A stretch of DNA of 62,751 nucleotides from a virus (taxonomy: Duplodnaviria; Caudoviricetes): the IMG/VR virus record IMGVR_UViG_3300018469_000176, positions 1-62,751 of that record; one strand, 5' to 3'. Both the position numbers and the translations under genes were made by a program. The notes below the pieces were generated by a model. That model was given only the letters and a program-made list of their open reading frames with translations. It ran no database searches and was not told the DNA's origin. Every line of letters begins with the position of its first letter. Positions within the stretch are counted from its first letter, which is position 1. Shown in pieces: positions 36,147 to 46,228 of the stretch.

Positions 36147-36737
36147 CTAGTAGTAGTCGATGCCGCCACTGGTGGGCTTGCCCATGTCCGTGATCCACAT
36201 CGACACCGGCCAGCGGTTGCCCGCGAAGTTGAGGTCGTTGTAGACCCCGAAGACGCGGCCCCCGTCGTGGCCGTAGACGCAGAACAGCGCGCGCAGCGTG
36301 TCGGCGTCCTCGGGCCACGGCGCCATCGTGCCGTCGATGATCGCCTCCCGGACGGAGCCGAACTGCCCGCACAGGAACGAGGTGGAGCGCAGGATGAGGC
36401 TGGCCGTGGTGGGCGTGGTGCCGTCGGTGGTGAAGGCGAGCCAGCACGCCATGGTGGCGTCCCCGGGCCCGTCCACCCAGACCCCGGCCCGCACGCTGAC
36501 CTGGTAGGTCCGACCGGGGACCAGGCCGGTAGCGCTCAGCTCCATCACGGCCCGGCTGACCGCTCCGTTGAACGGGGCGAAGTTGCCGCCCACCCGTTCC
36601 CGGAAGGCGACCGCGCCCGCGGAGAGCCGGTCGATCGCCCCGGCCGAGGGGATGGTGCGCCGGGCCACCTCCCGCAGTTCGGTGCGCAGCTGGGCGTGTT
36701 GCTGGAGCAGGTCGGTGGGTACCTCGACGCGGCCCAT
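36147..36737 (-). CDS. Minor tail protein
   Basis: N-terminal coil then beta domain; follows hub gene. Confidence 0.65.
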   Translation of the reverse strand: MGRVEVPTDLLQQHAQLRTELREVARRTIPSAGAIDRLSAGAVAFRERVGGNFAPFNGAVSRAVMELSATGLVPGRTYQVSVRAGVWVDGPGDATMACWLAFTTDGTTPTTASLILRSTSFLCGQFGSVREAIIDGTMAPWPEDADTLRALFCVYGHDGGRVFGVYNDLNFAGNRWPVSMWITDMGKPTSGGIDYY

Positions 36738-37870
36738 CAGGGGCTCACCAGTACCGAGCTGGTCTCCAGGCTGGCCGAGGTCGGGGTGTGCGTGACCCCG
36801 ATCAGCCGCTGCGGGTAGGTCCCGTCGAGGACCCAGGAGTCCCCGGACACGTTGAACGTGGCGTTGTCCCCCAGGGACCAGGTGCCGATCTCGGGGAACG
36901 CCTCCGGGTCCACCTCGATCGTCCAGGTCAGCGCCGGGAGCCGGTTGGTCGCGACGAACGACTGGGCGTGGCTGGTCAGGACGGGCAGCTCGTGCACCGA
37001 GTCGGCCATCCGGGTGCTGCGTTCGAGCATGGGCCACCCCTGTGCGGTGAAGGTCAGATCCTCGGCCACCCCGATCGGCGGGATCTCCGAGCTCCCGGCG
37101 GCGTCCCCGGTCACGTACCCGCGGAAGGTCATCTCCGAGCTGTCGCCGGTCTCGGCGATCTGGGTGATGGTGGTGGGGAAGTCCCAGGCCCACGGCGAGC
37201 TCACCAGCCCGAGCCGGGGGTTGCCGACGTCGACGGTCCAGCCGAGCTGGCGCTGGTTGAGGTCCAGCGTGGCGCGGAACCGGATGTCCGGGCCGCCCTT
37301 CTCCTGGGACAGCTGGGTGAGCCGCTCCAGCACCGAGGCCAGGTCCGCGCCGGTGTAGTTGCGCAGCACGTCGATGACGATCGACGGGCTGGGCAGGGTG
37401 AACGGCAGCGCTCGGCCGGTGCCGGTGGTGGCCAGCGCCAGCAGGGTGCAGGCGATGCTGTACTGGTCGACCTCCAGGATGAGGTTGGAGTCGGTGGTGG
37501 CCGGGGTGAGCTCGGTGCCGGCCTTGAGCACCATCCGGGCGTCGAGCAGGGTGGCGATCGACGTGCAGCCGAACTGCACCGTGGAGCGGTCCGCGGCCAC
37601 GTCGTGGGTGACCACCGGCCCGGCGAACAGCGGTTGCGCGTCGCGCATCAGGATCAGCGTCCAGTACCAGTGCGAGCCGGCCACCGAGCGGGCCCGAACC
37701 CGGTTGCTGGCGTCGCTGGTCAGCCCGTCGGACAGCAGCGGGGTGGTGATGGTCATCGACCCGGCGCGGGACAGGTCCAGGCTGTCGGACCAGGTGAAGT
37801 CCGACATCGGCAGCTCGTCGACGACTTCCCCGGTCGTGGTGCGGGCGACCAGGCACGTGTAGACGGCCAT
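36737..37870 (-). CDS. Minor tail / baseplate hub protein
   Basis: MAVYTCLVARTTTGEVVDELP, LFAGPV, GGPDIRF, WSLGD. Confidence 0.7.
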   Translation of the reverse strand: MAVYTCLVARTTTGEVVDELPMSDFTWSDSLDLSRAGSMTITTPLLSDGLTSDASNRVRARSVAGSHWYWTLILMRDAQPLFAGPVVTHDVAADRSTVQFGCTSIATLLDARMVLKAGTELTPATTDSNLILEVDQYSIACTLLALATTGTGRALPFTLPSPSIVIDVLRNYTGADLASVLERLTQLSQEKGGPDIRFRATLDLNQRQLGWTVDVGNPRLGLVSSPWAWDFPTTITQIAETGDSSEMTFRGYVTGDAAGSSEIPPIGVAEDLTFTAQGWPMLERSTRMADSVHELPVLTSHAQSFVATNRLPALTWTIEVDPEAFPEIGTWSLGDNATFNVSGDSWVLDGTYPQRLIGVTHTPTSASLETSSVLVSP

Positions 37871-39000
37871 CAGGTGATCTCGATGGTGCCCTGGAAGACC
37901 ATGATCCCGGGGAAGGTGTACTGCCCACCCAGCTGCGGGATCCCGGTCCCCATCACGCCGGACTGGGTGGCCGCGATGTAGTCGTGCAGCCGGTTCTCCT
38001 GGGTGTTGATCGGGAAGTAGGGCCGCATCACCGTGGAGCTCGGCGGGATGAAGCACTTGCCCAGGAAGATCCCGGCATCCGGCAGCACGTTGATCTTGGC
38101 GAAAATCTGGGTCTCCTCCTGCGGCGCCGAGGTGATCCCGGGCGGCAGCTGGGAGTAGATGGTCCCGGAGCCGAAGTTGTTGCCCGACAGGGTGGCCCGG
38201 AACACGTAGCGCAGGTGCATGTTCTTGCCGGTGACCAGGTAGCGGCCGATCGAGGAGCTGCCCGCGCCGAGGTTGACCGTGCCCGGTGGGGTGTTGCCCT
38301 GGTTGTCGGTGCCGCTCCAGAACAGCGACGGGGTGAAGCTCGTCCACACCGCGGGGGTGGCCACCGTGACCCAGGCCGAGGTGAGCCACACGTCGATCTG
38401 GCCGTTGGTCTGCACCCGCAGGTCGCCGTTGTAGGACCCGGCGCGGGCCAGGGCGGTGGCGCTGGCCACCGGCCGGATCCCGCCGGCGGCCCGGGTGAAC
38501 TGCCGGACGTCAGTCATGGTCAGCGTGCCGTTGGTGGCGCAGAGGATGTTGTAGAGCGCGATGTAGCCGGCCGGGGTGGCCGGGACCGCGGGGGACGCTG
38601 CGGCGATCCCGTCCACGGTGAGCAGCTCGAAGACCTTGAGCCCGGACGCGTCGACGTCGGTGTCCCGGACCCGGGCGCAGAGCACATCGATGCGCGGGTT
38701 GCCCGCCGGCGCGGTCAAGCTCACGTTCGTCGATGCCGGCCAGGTGCAGACGTAGGTGCCGCCGCCGGCGGTGGTGAGGATGCAGTGCCCGGGGCCGACC
38801 GCCACCCGCGGGGCGCCGGCGGTGCCGTTGGACACCGGCAAGAACGGGGTGGCCCCGCCCTGCAGCACCCCGGTCTCGGCCAGCACGTTGCTGGTGGGGT
38901 CGCGACCGACCAGCGCGGACAGCGCGTACCGGGCCTCGGACATGGTGAGCGCGGTGTTCACGAACCACGGGTCGACAGCGCTCGCGACGGCGGTGCCCAT
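37870..39000 (-). CDS. Minor tail protein
   Basis: NPRIDVLCARVRD, G..AASP..P..P.G.I.L motifs. Confidence 0.75.
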   Translation of the reverse strand: MGTAVASAVDPWFVNTALTMSEARYALSALVGRDPTSNVLAETGVLQGGATPFLPVSNGTAGAPRVAVGPGHCILTTAGGGTYVCTWPASTNVSLTAPAGNPRIDVLCARVRDTDVDASGLKVFELLTVDGIAAASPAVPATPAGYIALYNILCATNGTLTMTDVRQFTRAAGGIRPVASATALARAGSYNGDLRVQTNGQIDVWLTSAWVTVATPAVWTSFTPSLFWSGTDNQGNTPPGTVNLGAGSSSIGRYLVTGKNMHLRYVFRATLSGNNFGSGTIYSQLPPGITSAPQEETQIFAKINVLPDAGIFLGKCFIPPSSTVMRPYFPINTQENRLHDYIAATQSGVMGTGIPQLGGQYTFPGIMVFQGTIEIT

Positions 39001-39003
39001 CGC

Positions 39004-39933
39004 TCACCTCCAGGCGGTGCGGTAGTGGGCGGTCATGGTGGGAGCGCCGGCCGAGGTGCCGTAGAAGATCAGCGGCCGGACGGTGCCCGGCGGGATGATC
39101 GGCCAGCCGCCGCCGGCGATGGACAGCAGCGCGCGCCGGCTCGCGGTGCCGCCCTCCAGGGCCCCGTGCCCGGGGATGAGCAGCCCGGTGGGTGTCGGTT
39201 GCGGCATGTGGTCGCAGTTGACGAACAGCGAGATCCCGTCTGCGATGTCGCCGAGGAACGTGACCTGGTTGCCGGTGGTGGCGTCGAACACGGCCGGGTT
39301 GCTCACCGGGCCGACGAACTCGATGACCGGCCCGACTGGCGCGGTCCCATCGTTGGTGATGTAGACCGCGGCGGCCCGCCCACCGGTGCCCGCTGATATC
39401 CCGGTGGTGGCCGAGATGCCGGTGGTGGCGTCGATGCCGCCGACGCCGGGGTTGAACAGCCCGGTCTGCGGACTGACCACGGTCGCCTGGTACTTCCTGG
39501 GGTCCGGGGCGACGAGCTGCACCGAGAACTCCAGGCTGTTCCAGTTCCGGTCCCGGCTCAGGATGGCCCCGTCGAGCTCGACCGCGGCGGTGTAGGTCCC
39601 CAGTTCGTCGGTCACCGTCAGCGGATAGAGCAGCGTCGGGTCGGAGCAGATGCCCATGAACTCCTGCTGCGCCCGGCGCATGGTCAACGTGCTCGGCGCG
39701 GTGATCGCCACCACCAGCCCGACGGTGCGCACATCGCGGTAGTTGGCCGCCCGCCAGACCCCGTCCGCGGTGACCCGGGGGGTGCGCACCGGGCGCATGG
39801 AGGCCGAGCCGAACCACCCGGTCTCCTCGGTGCACATCCATTCGACACCGTCACTGTCGAGGTAGGGCGCGTAGTCGCCGATGTTGGCCAGCAGGTGGTG
39901 CGACATCGAGATGGTGTCCAAGGTCAGCAGCAC
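39004..39933 (-). CDS. Distal tail protein
   Basis: Follows tape measure; FSVQLVAPDPRKY, N.GTAP..P. Confidence 0.8.
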   Translation of the reverse strand: MLLTLDTISMSHHLLANIGDYAPYLDSDGVEWMCTEETGWFGSASMRPVRTPRVTADGVWRAANYRDVRTVGLVVAITAPSTLTMRRAQQEFMGICSDPTLLYPLTVTDELGTYTAAVELDGAILSRDRNWNSLEFSVQLVAPDPRKYQATVVSPQTGLFNPGVGGIDATTGISATTGISAGTGGRAAAVYITNDGTAPVGPVIEFVGPVSNPAVFDATTGNQVTFLGDIADGISLFVNCDHMPQPTPTGLLIPGHGALEGGTASRRALLSIAGGGWPIIPPGTVRPLIFYGTSAGAPTMTAHYRTAWR

Positions 39934-39945
39934 CGGACCCTCCCC

Positions 39946-42900
39946 TCAGCCCTGGGTGCGCACGGCGAAGGCCTGGCGCCGGGTGAACTCGCTGAACGCC
40001 TGCTCCGGGGTCCACCCGGTGTCGTGCAGGTGCAGGTGGCTTTCGCCGCCGGCGGCCTGCGGGTGCCGGGTGAGGTGGGTGACCAGTCGGTCGAAGCTGC
40101 GCGTCTGGTCCGCGGTGAGCACCCGCTCCGGCATCCCGGTGCCGTTGATCACGGTGGTGATGCCGGGAGGCAGGTAGCCGCCGGTGTCGAAGCCGCCGTA
40201 CTGGCCGACCAGCCCGGTGGCCTGCCCCATCCGGGTGGAGTAGCGGTCCGGGAACGCGGAACGCTGGATGCTCTGCGCGAGCCGGCCGGGCTCCTGGGTC
40301 CACCAGTTGTTGGGGAACATCGAGAAGAACTTGCTGGCCGCGTAGGTCACGTTGGTCAGCTGCGCCGGGCTGCCCCAGCCCATCGAGGGCCGCTGCTGGA
40401 ACACGCCCAGCGAGTCGTGGTCGACGGCCACCTTGAGGTTGCGCAGGTTGGACTCGACCAGGCCGGTGGCCGTCCCGATGATCGCGGCTTGGCGGGCCCG
40501 GTCCCCGAACCGGCCACGGGCCACATCGGAGATGATCCGGACGATGCCCGCGGCCTCGTCGCTGGTCGCCCCGGTCGCCGCCCCACCGGCCGCGGTGGCC
40601 TCGGCGTCCTTGCGCACGGCCACGTTGAACAGGTGGTCGAGCACCTTCTTGATCCCGGCGGCGGCCATGTTCCCGCCGAAGGTCTTGCCGCCGATGCCGT
40701 CGATCGCCCGGCGGACCGGGTCGATGACCGAGCGGGCCTTGTCGGTGAGGTAGGTGACGATCGCCCCGATGGCCGTGCCGAGTGCCCCGCCGACGCCGCC
40801 TCGGCCCAGACCGGCCGCGGTCATCGCCCAGTGCACGTGGTCGTAGTGGTCGGCCCGGACCCCGGCCGAGTACGTGTGGTGCCGGCCGTCCTTGACGTTG
40901 TACGGACCGGGCGTGTGGATCAGCTCGGAGATCGCCCCGCCGTACTTGTCGTAGATCCACTTGTCGATGGCGCGCATGTCGCCGCCGGCGATGTCGATGG
41001 CCTGGCCGGTGTGGTGGTAGCTGCCCGGCTCGTTCCGCACCGAGGAGCTCAGCCGGGCGAACGGGATGGCGGCCTTGACGATGGCCCACATCTGCTGCCA
41101 CAGCCCGCTGACCCCACCGCCGGCCGGCGCCCCGAACACGGCACCGGTCTCCGGGGGCCGGATCATCCGCACCGGGTTCTCGTGCGCCCGGTTGATCAGG
41201 TCCATGGCCGCCGGGCCCATCGCGGCGGTGGCCTCCGGGCGCACGATGTACTCCCCGCCGGCCAGCAGGTAGGGCTGGTTGCCGCGCCGGGCCGGGATGG
41301 TGTCGTGGCCGGGGCTGTAGCCGGGCAGCTGCCCGGACACGGGTGTCCCGTCGTATTCGTCGACGTAGCCGCCGCGGGCCAGGTTGCGCGAGCGCTGCAG
41401 GGCGCCGCCGACCCCGCCCGGGCCCGGGTTGGGGATCCGCGGAACGTTGATCGTGATGTCGAAGCCGAGCGCCTTGGCCAGCCCGGACAGCGCCGCGCCG
41501 AACCCGTTGAGCACGTCGATCACGGAGTTGATGCCGCCGATGAAGGCCCGGCGCATGCCGTCGAGCAGCGCGTACTGCCAGCTGTCCATGTCGAAGCTGA
41601 TCATGGAGAGCCAGCCGTTGATGGCGTTGAACAGGCCCAGCATCGCGGTGTCGACGACGATCTTGGCCTGGTTGCCCCAGGTCGTGAAGGCGAGCAGGTT
41701 GTCGACGATCCAGGTGGAGAACGAGGTGCGGGTGTCGGTGTTCGACTTGTCGATCCCCGCCCACCGCTCACCGGCCCATTTGCCCAGCTTGCCGGCCTGT
41801 TCGCCGACCCACACGCCGAGGTCGACGACGGTGTCGGTGCCCCACTTCTTGAGGTTGTCCTTCGAGGTGCCGGTGAACCAGTCGACCAGCTTGAGCGCCC
41901 AGCCGGTCCAGGTACCGACGGTGACCACCGCGTCGGTGCCCTGCTTCTTGAGACTCTTGTCGGTCTCGTCGCGGTAGAGCCCGATCAGCTTGATGCCGCC
42001 GCCGGTCCACAGCGCGATGTTCGCCAGGATCCCGGCGCCGGTCTCCCGGGAGGTCTTGTTCGACTCCTCCTTGGCGCTGCCGAGGAGCTTGCTGACCTTC
42101 CCGCCGAAGTCGATGAGGTTGAGCAGGGCCCCGGCGAGCTCCTTGGACATCGCCTTGGTGAACTTCATGACCGGGGAGTTCTCGAACTGCGCCTGCGACG
42201 GGCCGAAGGTGGACTCCCCGGTCTGCAGGGTGTGCCAGAGCCGGGTGATCTCGCTCTGACCCCGATGGCCGGTGATGTTCTCGATCGAATACCCGGCGTC
42301 GCCGGCGATCTCCTGGCCCAGGGTGGGCGCCTTTCCGGGGTCTAGCCGGGGATCCCGGGACCGCTGCAGCGCGCTCTGCGCCGCCGGGTGCACCGCGGTG
42401 GGGTCCTCACCCGAGAGCTTGATCAGTTCTTCGGCGGCCTGTTTGAGGGCGAGGTACAGCCCGCCGACCGCCAGCGTGATGAGCCCGAGGTTGGTCACCG
42501 CGCCGGTCACCCCACCGGCCTTCGACAAGTCCTTGATCGAGTCGACGCCCTCCTTGAGCCCCTTGCCGGCGCTGACGATCCCGGCCACCATCTGCGCGGA
42601 CTTGAACAGGATGAAGAAGTCGATCAACGCGATGAGCACCGGCTGCGGGATCTTGGCCAGCTCCGTCATCAGGGCCTGCAGGATGATCAGGTTGGGTGCG
42701 CTGGCCAGCGCGATGATCATGCTGCCGACCACCTCGCCGAGCTTCTTGAGGATGTCCCAGATCCGCGGCCCGTTTTCCTTGACATATGCCATAAAGTCGT
42801 TGAACTTTTTATTACCTCCGGAGGCGGCGGAGATGCCGAAGTCCCGGAACTTGGCGGTGATCCGCTCGATGCCGCCGCCGATGTCGTCGAAGAACGGGCT

Positions 42901-45246
42901 GAACCCCTTGGCCAGCCCGGCGAACCCGGCGAAGATGTTGCCGGCGATCCGGCCGAACGTGCGGATGGCGCCGGGCGCCTTCTCGATCAGGTAGTCGATG
43001 AAGTCGTCCCACACCGGTCCGGCCAGCGCGTCGCCGGCGTCGATGGCCAGGTCACCCAGGGCCCGGGAGGTGACGTCGAGCAGCCGGTTGATCCCGTCGA
43101 ACGCGGGCTTGGCGCGGCGTGCGCCCTCCTCCAGCCCGGGCAGCAGTCCCTGGGCGGCGGTCTCCCGCAGCTCGGCGAACTTCGGCTTGAGCTCGGACAG
43201 GTAGAACTGCACGAACTCGCGCCCGGCCGGGGTCAGCTTGGCCAGCGCGGCGGCGTAGGCGTCGGCCCCCTTGGCGGCGGACTCGGCGGCCGGGGCGGCG
43301 TCGAGCTGGGCCCGCTCCAGGGCCCGTTGCGCCGACTCCACCCCCGCCACCGCGGTGGCGATCGACGCGTCGGCCTGGCGGTGCTGCTCGGCGGCGGCGG
43401 TCTTGGCGGCGGCGATCTGCTCCTCGGCCTGCACGTGCTGCGCGGCCTGGGCACGCTTGGCCTCGGCGAGGGCCTGGGTGGCCTTCTCGGTGCCCTCCTG
43501 GGCCCGTGTGACGCCTTCCTGGGCCCGCATGACCCCGGCGGAGCCCTCGATGCCCTCCCGGTCGGCCTCGCGCTGCTGAGCGGCCAGCTGCACCCCGCGG
43601 GCCTTGGTCTCGATCAGGTGCTGGGTGGCCTCGTCCAGCGCCAGCTGGTCCTTCTCCAGCTGCAGCCCGGTGACGTGCTGCTGGCGGTCCAGCTCGATCT
43701 TCTCCCGGGCCTCCCGGAGCCGGATCTCCGCGCCGCGGGTGGCCAACGCGTTGTCGGCCAGGGCGAACGTGAGCTGTTCGAGCTGCTCGCGGGCAGACTT
43801 GCGGGCGTCGGTGAGCGCGACCTGGGCGGTCCGTTCGTTGCGCTGCGCGGTCTCCAGGGACTGCTCGGCGGAGGTGACCCGGGCCGCCGCGGTGGCCGCC
43901 CCCTCGGCGCCGGCACGCACCGCCGCGTTGATCCGCGCCTGCGCGGCCTCGGCCCCGGCAGCGGCCGACGCGCGGGCGTTGGCCAACCGACCGACGGCGT
44001 TGGTGACCCCCTCCTCGGCGTTGGTGATCGCCATCGCGTGCACCTGCGCCTGGCGGGCGGCGGCCTCCTGCTGCTGCGCGGCCACCCGACCGGTGGCGGC
44101 GGACTGGGCCTGCATCGACTCGTTGGCCTTGAGCGCGTCGCCGATGCCGCCGAGACCCAGCGTGAGCGCGCCAACCCCGGCCACCGCGATGGGCAGCCCG
44201 GTGAGCAGACCTCCGGCGCCACCGAGCAAGGTGGCGCCGATCGGGACCGCGAGGGGGCCCAGCAGCAGCATGCCGCGCTGCAGGTTGGACATCTCCGCGC
44301 CGGCCTCGGCGAACCGGGCGGCCAGCGACCGGATCCCGCCCTCCGCGGTGGAGGTGTCGGCGTCGACGTGGAACGTCACGTCGCGGCTGGCGTAGGCACG
44401 CAACGCGTCGATCTCGGCGATGGCGGCGGCGGTCTCGGCCCGGACCAGCACCGAGGTCTCGCCGCCGGCGAAGGTCTGCCCGCCGAGCTCGAAGTCCCGG
44501 CCACCGGAGAGCTGGGCCATCGCGGCCCGCTGCGCGTCGAGGTCGGCGAGGAACCGGTTGGCGTTGGCCGCGGTGACCGAGTCCGCGCGGGCCCGCAGAT
44601 CCTCCAGCCCAGCCTTGAGCTGGGCCAGCTTGCGCTCCGCGGGGGCGATGTCGAAGTCGACCGCGCGCCGCTCCTCGATCGCGGCGTCGAGCTCCCGGTT
44701 CAGCGCCTGCACCTGCGTGGAGGCCTCCGCGGTGGAGACCAGCAGCTCGTGGCGGCGCCGGAAGATGTCCTCGTACTCCTCCTTGAGCCGCTCGATGTCG
44801 GCTTCGACCCGCTCGGTGTTGCCGCCGATGGAGATCCGAGCCACCCGCTCGCGGGTCAACCGCTGCAGGTCGTCGTCCAGGCGGCTCAGGTCGGCGTCGA
44901 AGTCGGAGGTGTCGATCGAGGCCTTGGCGTCGCGGAACGCGGTCTCGTACTGCCGCTTGAGCTCAGCGATCTTGGCTTCGGCCTCGGCGGCGTTGGCCCC
45001 CAGGTTGGGGTCCCCGATCGCGGCCAGGGCCTTGTCGATGGACTGCTTGGCCCGCTCGCCGAACGTGCGCCCGTAGCTGTCCCCCTTGGCGACCGCCTGC
45101 GCCTCGTCGACCTGCGGCTCGACCTGCACCTCGTACTTGCCGCGGATCTCCCGCAGCTGGGCCTCCATGTCGCGCTGGAACTCGTCGAGGCTGGGCCGGA
45201 CCTCGGCGTGCGCGGTGCCCGCGCGGAACCCTGGACCTCCCGGCAT
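39946..45246 (-). CDS. Tape measure protein with C-terminal peptidase-like and transglycosylase-like domains
   Basis: 1766 aa helical; YHHTGQAID...HYDHVH; VESNL...SLGVFQQRPSMGWG. Confidence 0.92.
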   Translation of the reverse strand: MPGGPGFRAGTAHAEVRPSLDEFQRDMEAQLREIRGKYEVQVEPQVDEAQAVAKGDSYGRTFGERAKQSIDKALAAIGDPNLGANAAEAEAKIAELKRQYETAFRDAKASIDTSDFDADLSRLDDDLQRLTRERVARISIGGNTERVEADIERLKEEYEDIFRRRHELLVSTAEASTQVQALNRELDAAIEERRAVDFDIAPAERKLAQLKAGLEDLRARADSVTAANANRFLADLDAQRAAMAQLSGGRDFELGGQTFAGGETSVLVRAETAAAIAEIDALRAYASRDVTFHVDADTSTAEGGIRSLAARFAEAGAEMSNLQRGMLLLGPLAVPIGATLLGGAGGLLTGLPIAVAGVGALTLGLGGIGDALKANESMQAQSAATGRVAAQQQEAAARQAQVHAMAITNAEEGVTNAVGRLANARASAAAGAEAAQARINAAVRAGAEGAATAAARVTSAEQSLETAQRNERTAQVALTDARKSAREQLEQLTFALADNALATRGAEIRLREAREKIELDRQQHVTGLQLEKDQLALDEATQHLIETKARGVQLAAQQREADREGIEGSAGVMRAQEGVTRAQEGTEKATQALAEAKRAQAAQHVQAEEQIAAAKTAAAEQHRQADASIATAVAGVESAQRALERAQLDAAPAAESAAKGADAYAAALAKLTPAGREFVQFYLSELKPKFAELRETAAQGLLPGLEEGARRAKPAFDGINRLLDVTSRALGDLAIDAGDALAGPVWDDFIDYLIEKAPGAIRTFGRIAGNIFAGFAGLAKGFSPFFDDIGGGIERITAKFRDFGISAASGGNKKFNDFMAYVKENGPRIWDILKKLGEVVGSMIIALASAPNLIILQALMTELAKIPQPVLIALIDFFILFKSAQMVAGIVSAGKGLKEGVDSIKDLSKAGGVTGAVTNLGLITLAVGGLYLALKQAAEELIKLSGEDPTAVHPAAQSALQRSRDPRLDPGKAPTLGQEIAGDAGYSIENITGHRGQSEITRLWHTLQTGESTFGPSQAQFENSPVMKFTKAMSKELAGALLNLIDFGGKVSKLLGSAKEESNKTSRETGAGILANIALWTGGGIKLIGLYRDETDKSLKKQGTDAVVTVGTWTGWALKLVDWFTGTSKDNLKKWGTDTVVDLGVWVGEQAGKLGKWAGERWAGIDKSNTDTRTSFSTWIVDNLLAFTTWGNQAKIVVDTAMLGLFNAINGWLSMISFDMDSWQYALLDGMRRAFIGGINSVIDVLNGFGAALSGLAKALGFDITINVPRIPNPGPGGVGGALQRSRNLARGGYVDEYDGTPVSGQLPGYSPGHDTIPARRGNQPYLLAGGEYIVRPEATAAMGPAAMDLINRAHENPVRMIRPPETGAVFGAPAGGGVSGLWQQMWAIVKAAIPFARLSSSVRNEPGSYHHTGQAIDIAGGDMRAIDKWIYDKYGGAISELIHTPGPYNVKDGRHHTYSAGVRADHYDHVHWAMTAAGLGRGGVGGALGTAIGAIVTYLTDKARSVIDPVRRAIDGIGGKTFGGNMAAAGIKKVLDHLFNVAVRKDAEATAAGGAATGATSDEAAGIVRIISDVARGRFGDRARQAAIIGTATGLVESNLRNLKVAVDHDSLGVFQQRPSMGWGSPAQLTNVTYAASKFFSMFPNNWWTQEPGRLAQSIQRSAFPDRYSTRMGQATGLVGQYGGFDTGGYLPPGITTVINGTGMPERVLTADQTRSFDRLVTHLTRHPQAAGGESHLHLHDTGWTPEQAFSEFTRRQAFAVRTQG

Positions 45247-45278
45247 GATCTGCTCCGATCAGCCGGGAGACCCGGTTC

Positions 45279-45737
45279 CTAGGTGGGGGTGATCATGCGG
45301 GCGACCCGGGCCTGGCGGGCGGCTTCCCGGGCCCGGTTGGCCGCCCGGTCGGCCGCGGTGACCGGCCGCGGGATCGGGGCGGGCTGATCGACCTGGCCGT
45401 CCTCGCTGTTCGCCGCAACGGTGACCGCGGTCAGCACGCGCAGCGCCTCCACCGCGGCCACCAACATCTGGTACTCGTGGCTCCAGCCGAGCAGGGTGGG
45501 CGGCGGTGGGTCCCCGGTCCGGGCCAGGAACGCCTCCCAGTCCAGCGTTTCGTCGTCGGCCAGCGCCGCTTTGTAGTGCCCGTGCTGCGGCAGCAGCGCC
45601 GCGAGCCGCTCCAATTTCGAGAACGGCAGCGCACCCCGGAAGAAGTCCAGGATGTCGATGCCCAGCTCGTGGTGGAGGTCGTATTCCAGCTCGGGGCCGT
45701 AGCGGTCGATCAGGTCGATCAGCCCGTCACTTCCCCC
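45279..45737 (-). CDS. Tail assembly chaperone -1 frameshift extension
   Basis: -1 frame open from the slippery site: LIDRYGPELEYDL... Confidence 0.8.
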   Translation of the reverse strand, partial: GGSDGLIDLIDRYGPELEYDLHHELGIDILDFFRGALPFSKLERLAALLPQHGHYKAALADDETLDWEAFLARTGDPPPPTLLGWSHEYQMLVAAVEALRVLTAVTVAANSEDGQVDQPAPIPRPVTAADRAANRAREAARQARVARMITPT

Positions 45738-46018
45738 GTGCTCACCCCCCAGGCCTCACCCATGTCCTTGAGGATGGTGAGGATCAGGTCGCCGGGGGCG
45801 TCGTCGAACAGGGCGATGAGCTCCTGGGCCTTCTCGTCGCCGAACAGGGCGGCGATGCAGGAATCGGAGTCCTCGGCGCGCAGCGCATTCCGGAATGCCT
45901 TCTGCTGGCGCCCGGTGGGGAAGTGAACTTCGATGGTGTCGCCGGAGGGCAGCGGGATCTCCAGGGGTTCCCGCTGCGCCTCCGCGACATACTGTTCGAA
46001 GCTCTTGAGCTTCTTCAC
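45719..46018 (-). CDS. Tail assembly chaperone
   Basis: Between major tail and tape measure genes. Confidence 0.8.
   Translation of the reverse strand: MKKLKSFEQYVAEAQREPLEIPLPSGDTIEVHFPTGRQQKAFRNALRAEDSDSCIAALFGDEKAQELIALFDDAPGDLILTILKDMGEAWGVSTGEVTG
45731..45737 (-). promoter_or_regulatory. Programmed -1 frameshift site GGGGGAA
   Basis: Three codons before the chaperone stop, open -1 frame. Confidence 0.8.
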
Positions 46019-46176
46019 TCACTCCCCCGGGGGGCCGGCGTGGGCGGCGGGGTCTTGGCCGCCGGCTGCTTGTCGGCCAGCCGGTAGCCCTGGCACTGCA
46101 GGTCGTTGGCCTCCTCCGCGGTGCCGGCCACCCAGGGGTTGCCGTTCGGGTCGACCAGATGGATCTCCTCGGCCAT
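46015..46176 (-). CDS. Small hypothetical protein
   Basis: AAGGAG RBS, 53 aa. Confidence 0.6.
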   Translation of the reverse strand: MAEEIHLVDPNGNPWVAGTAEEANDLQCQGYRLADKQPAAKTPPPTPAPRGSE

Positions 46177-46228
46177 GGTGGCGCTCCTTGTCTCTATGTG
46201 TCGGTCATCAGGACAGTGCAGGTCAGGA

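Noticed and set aside
39895-45282. Long plus-strand ORFs (816 and 964 aa) and similar ones opposite polymerase, helicase and portal
   Set aside because: Antisense shadows caused by high GC3 codon bias; no motifs
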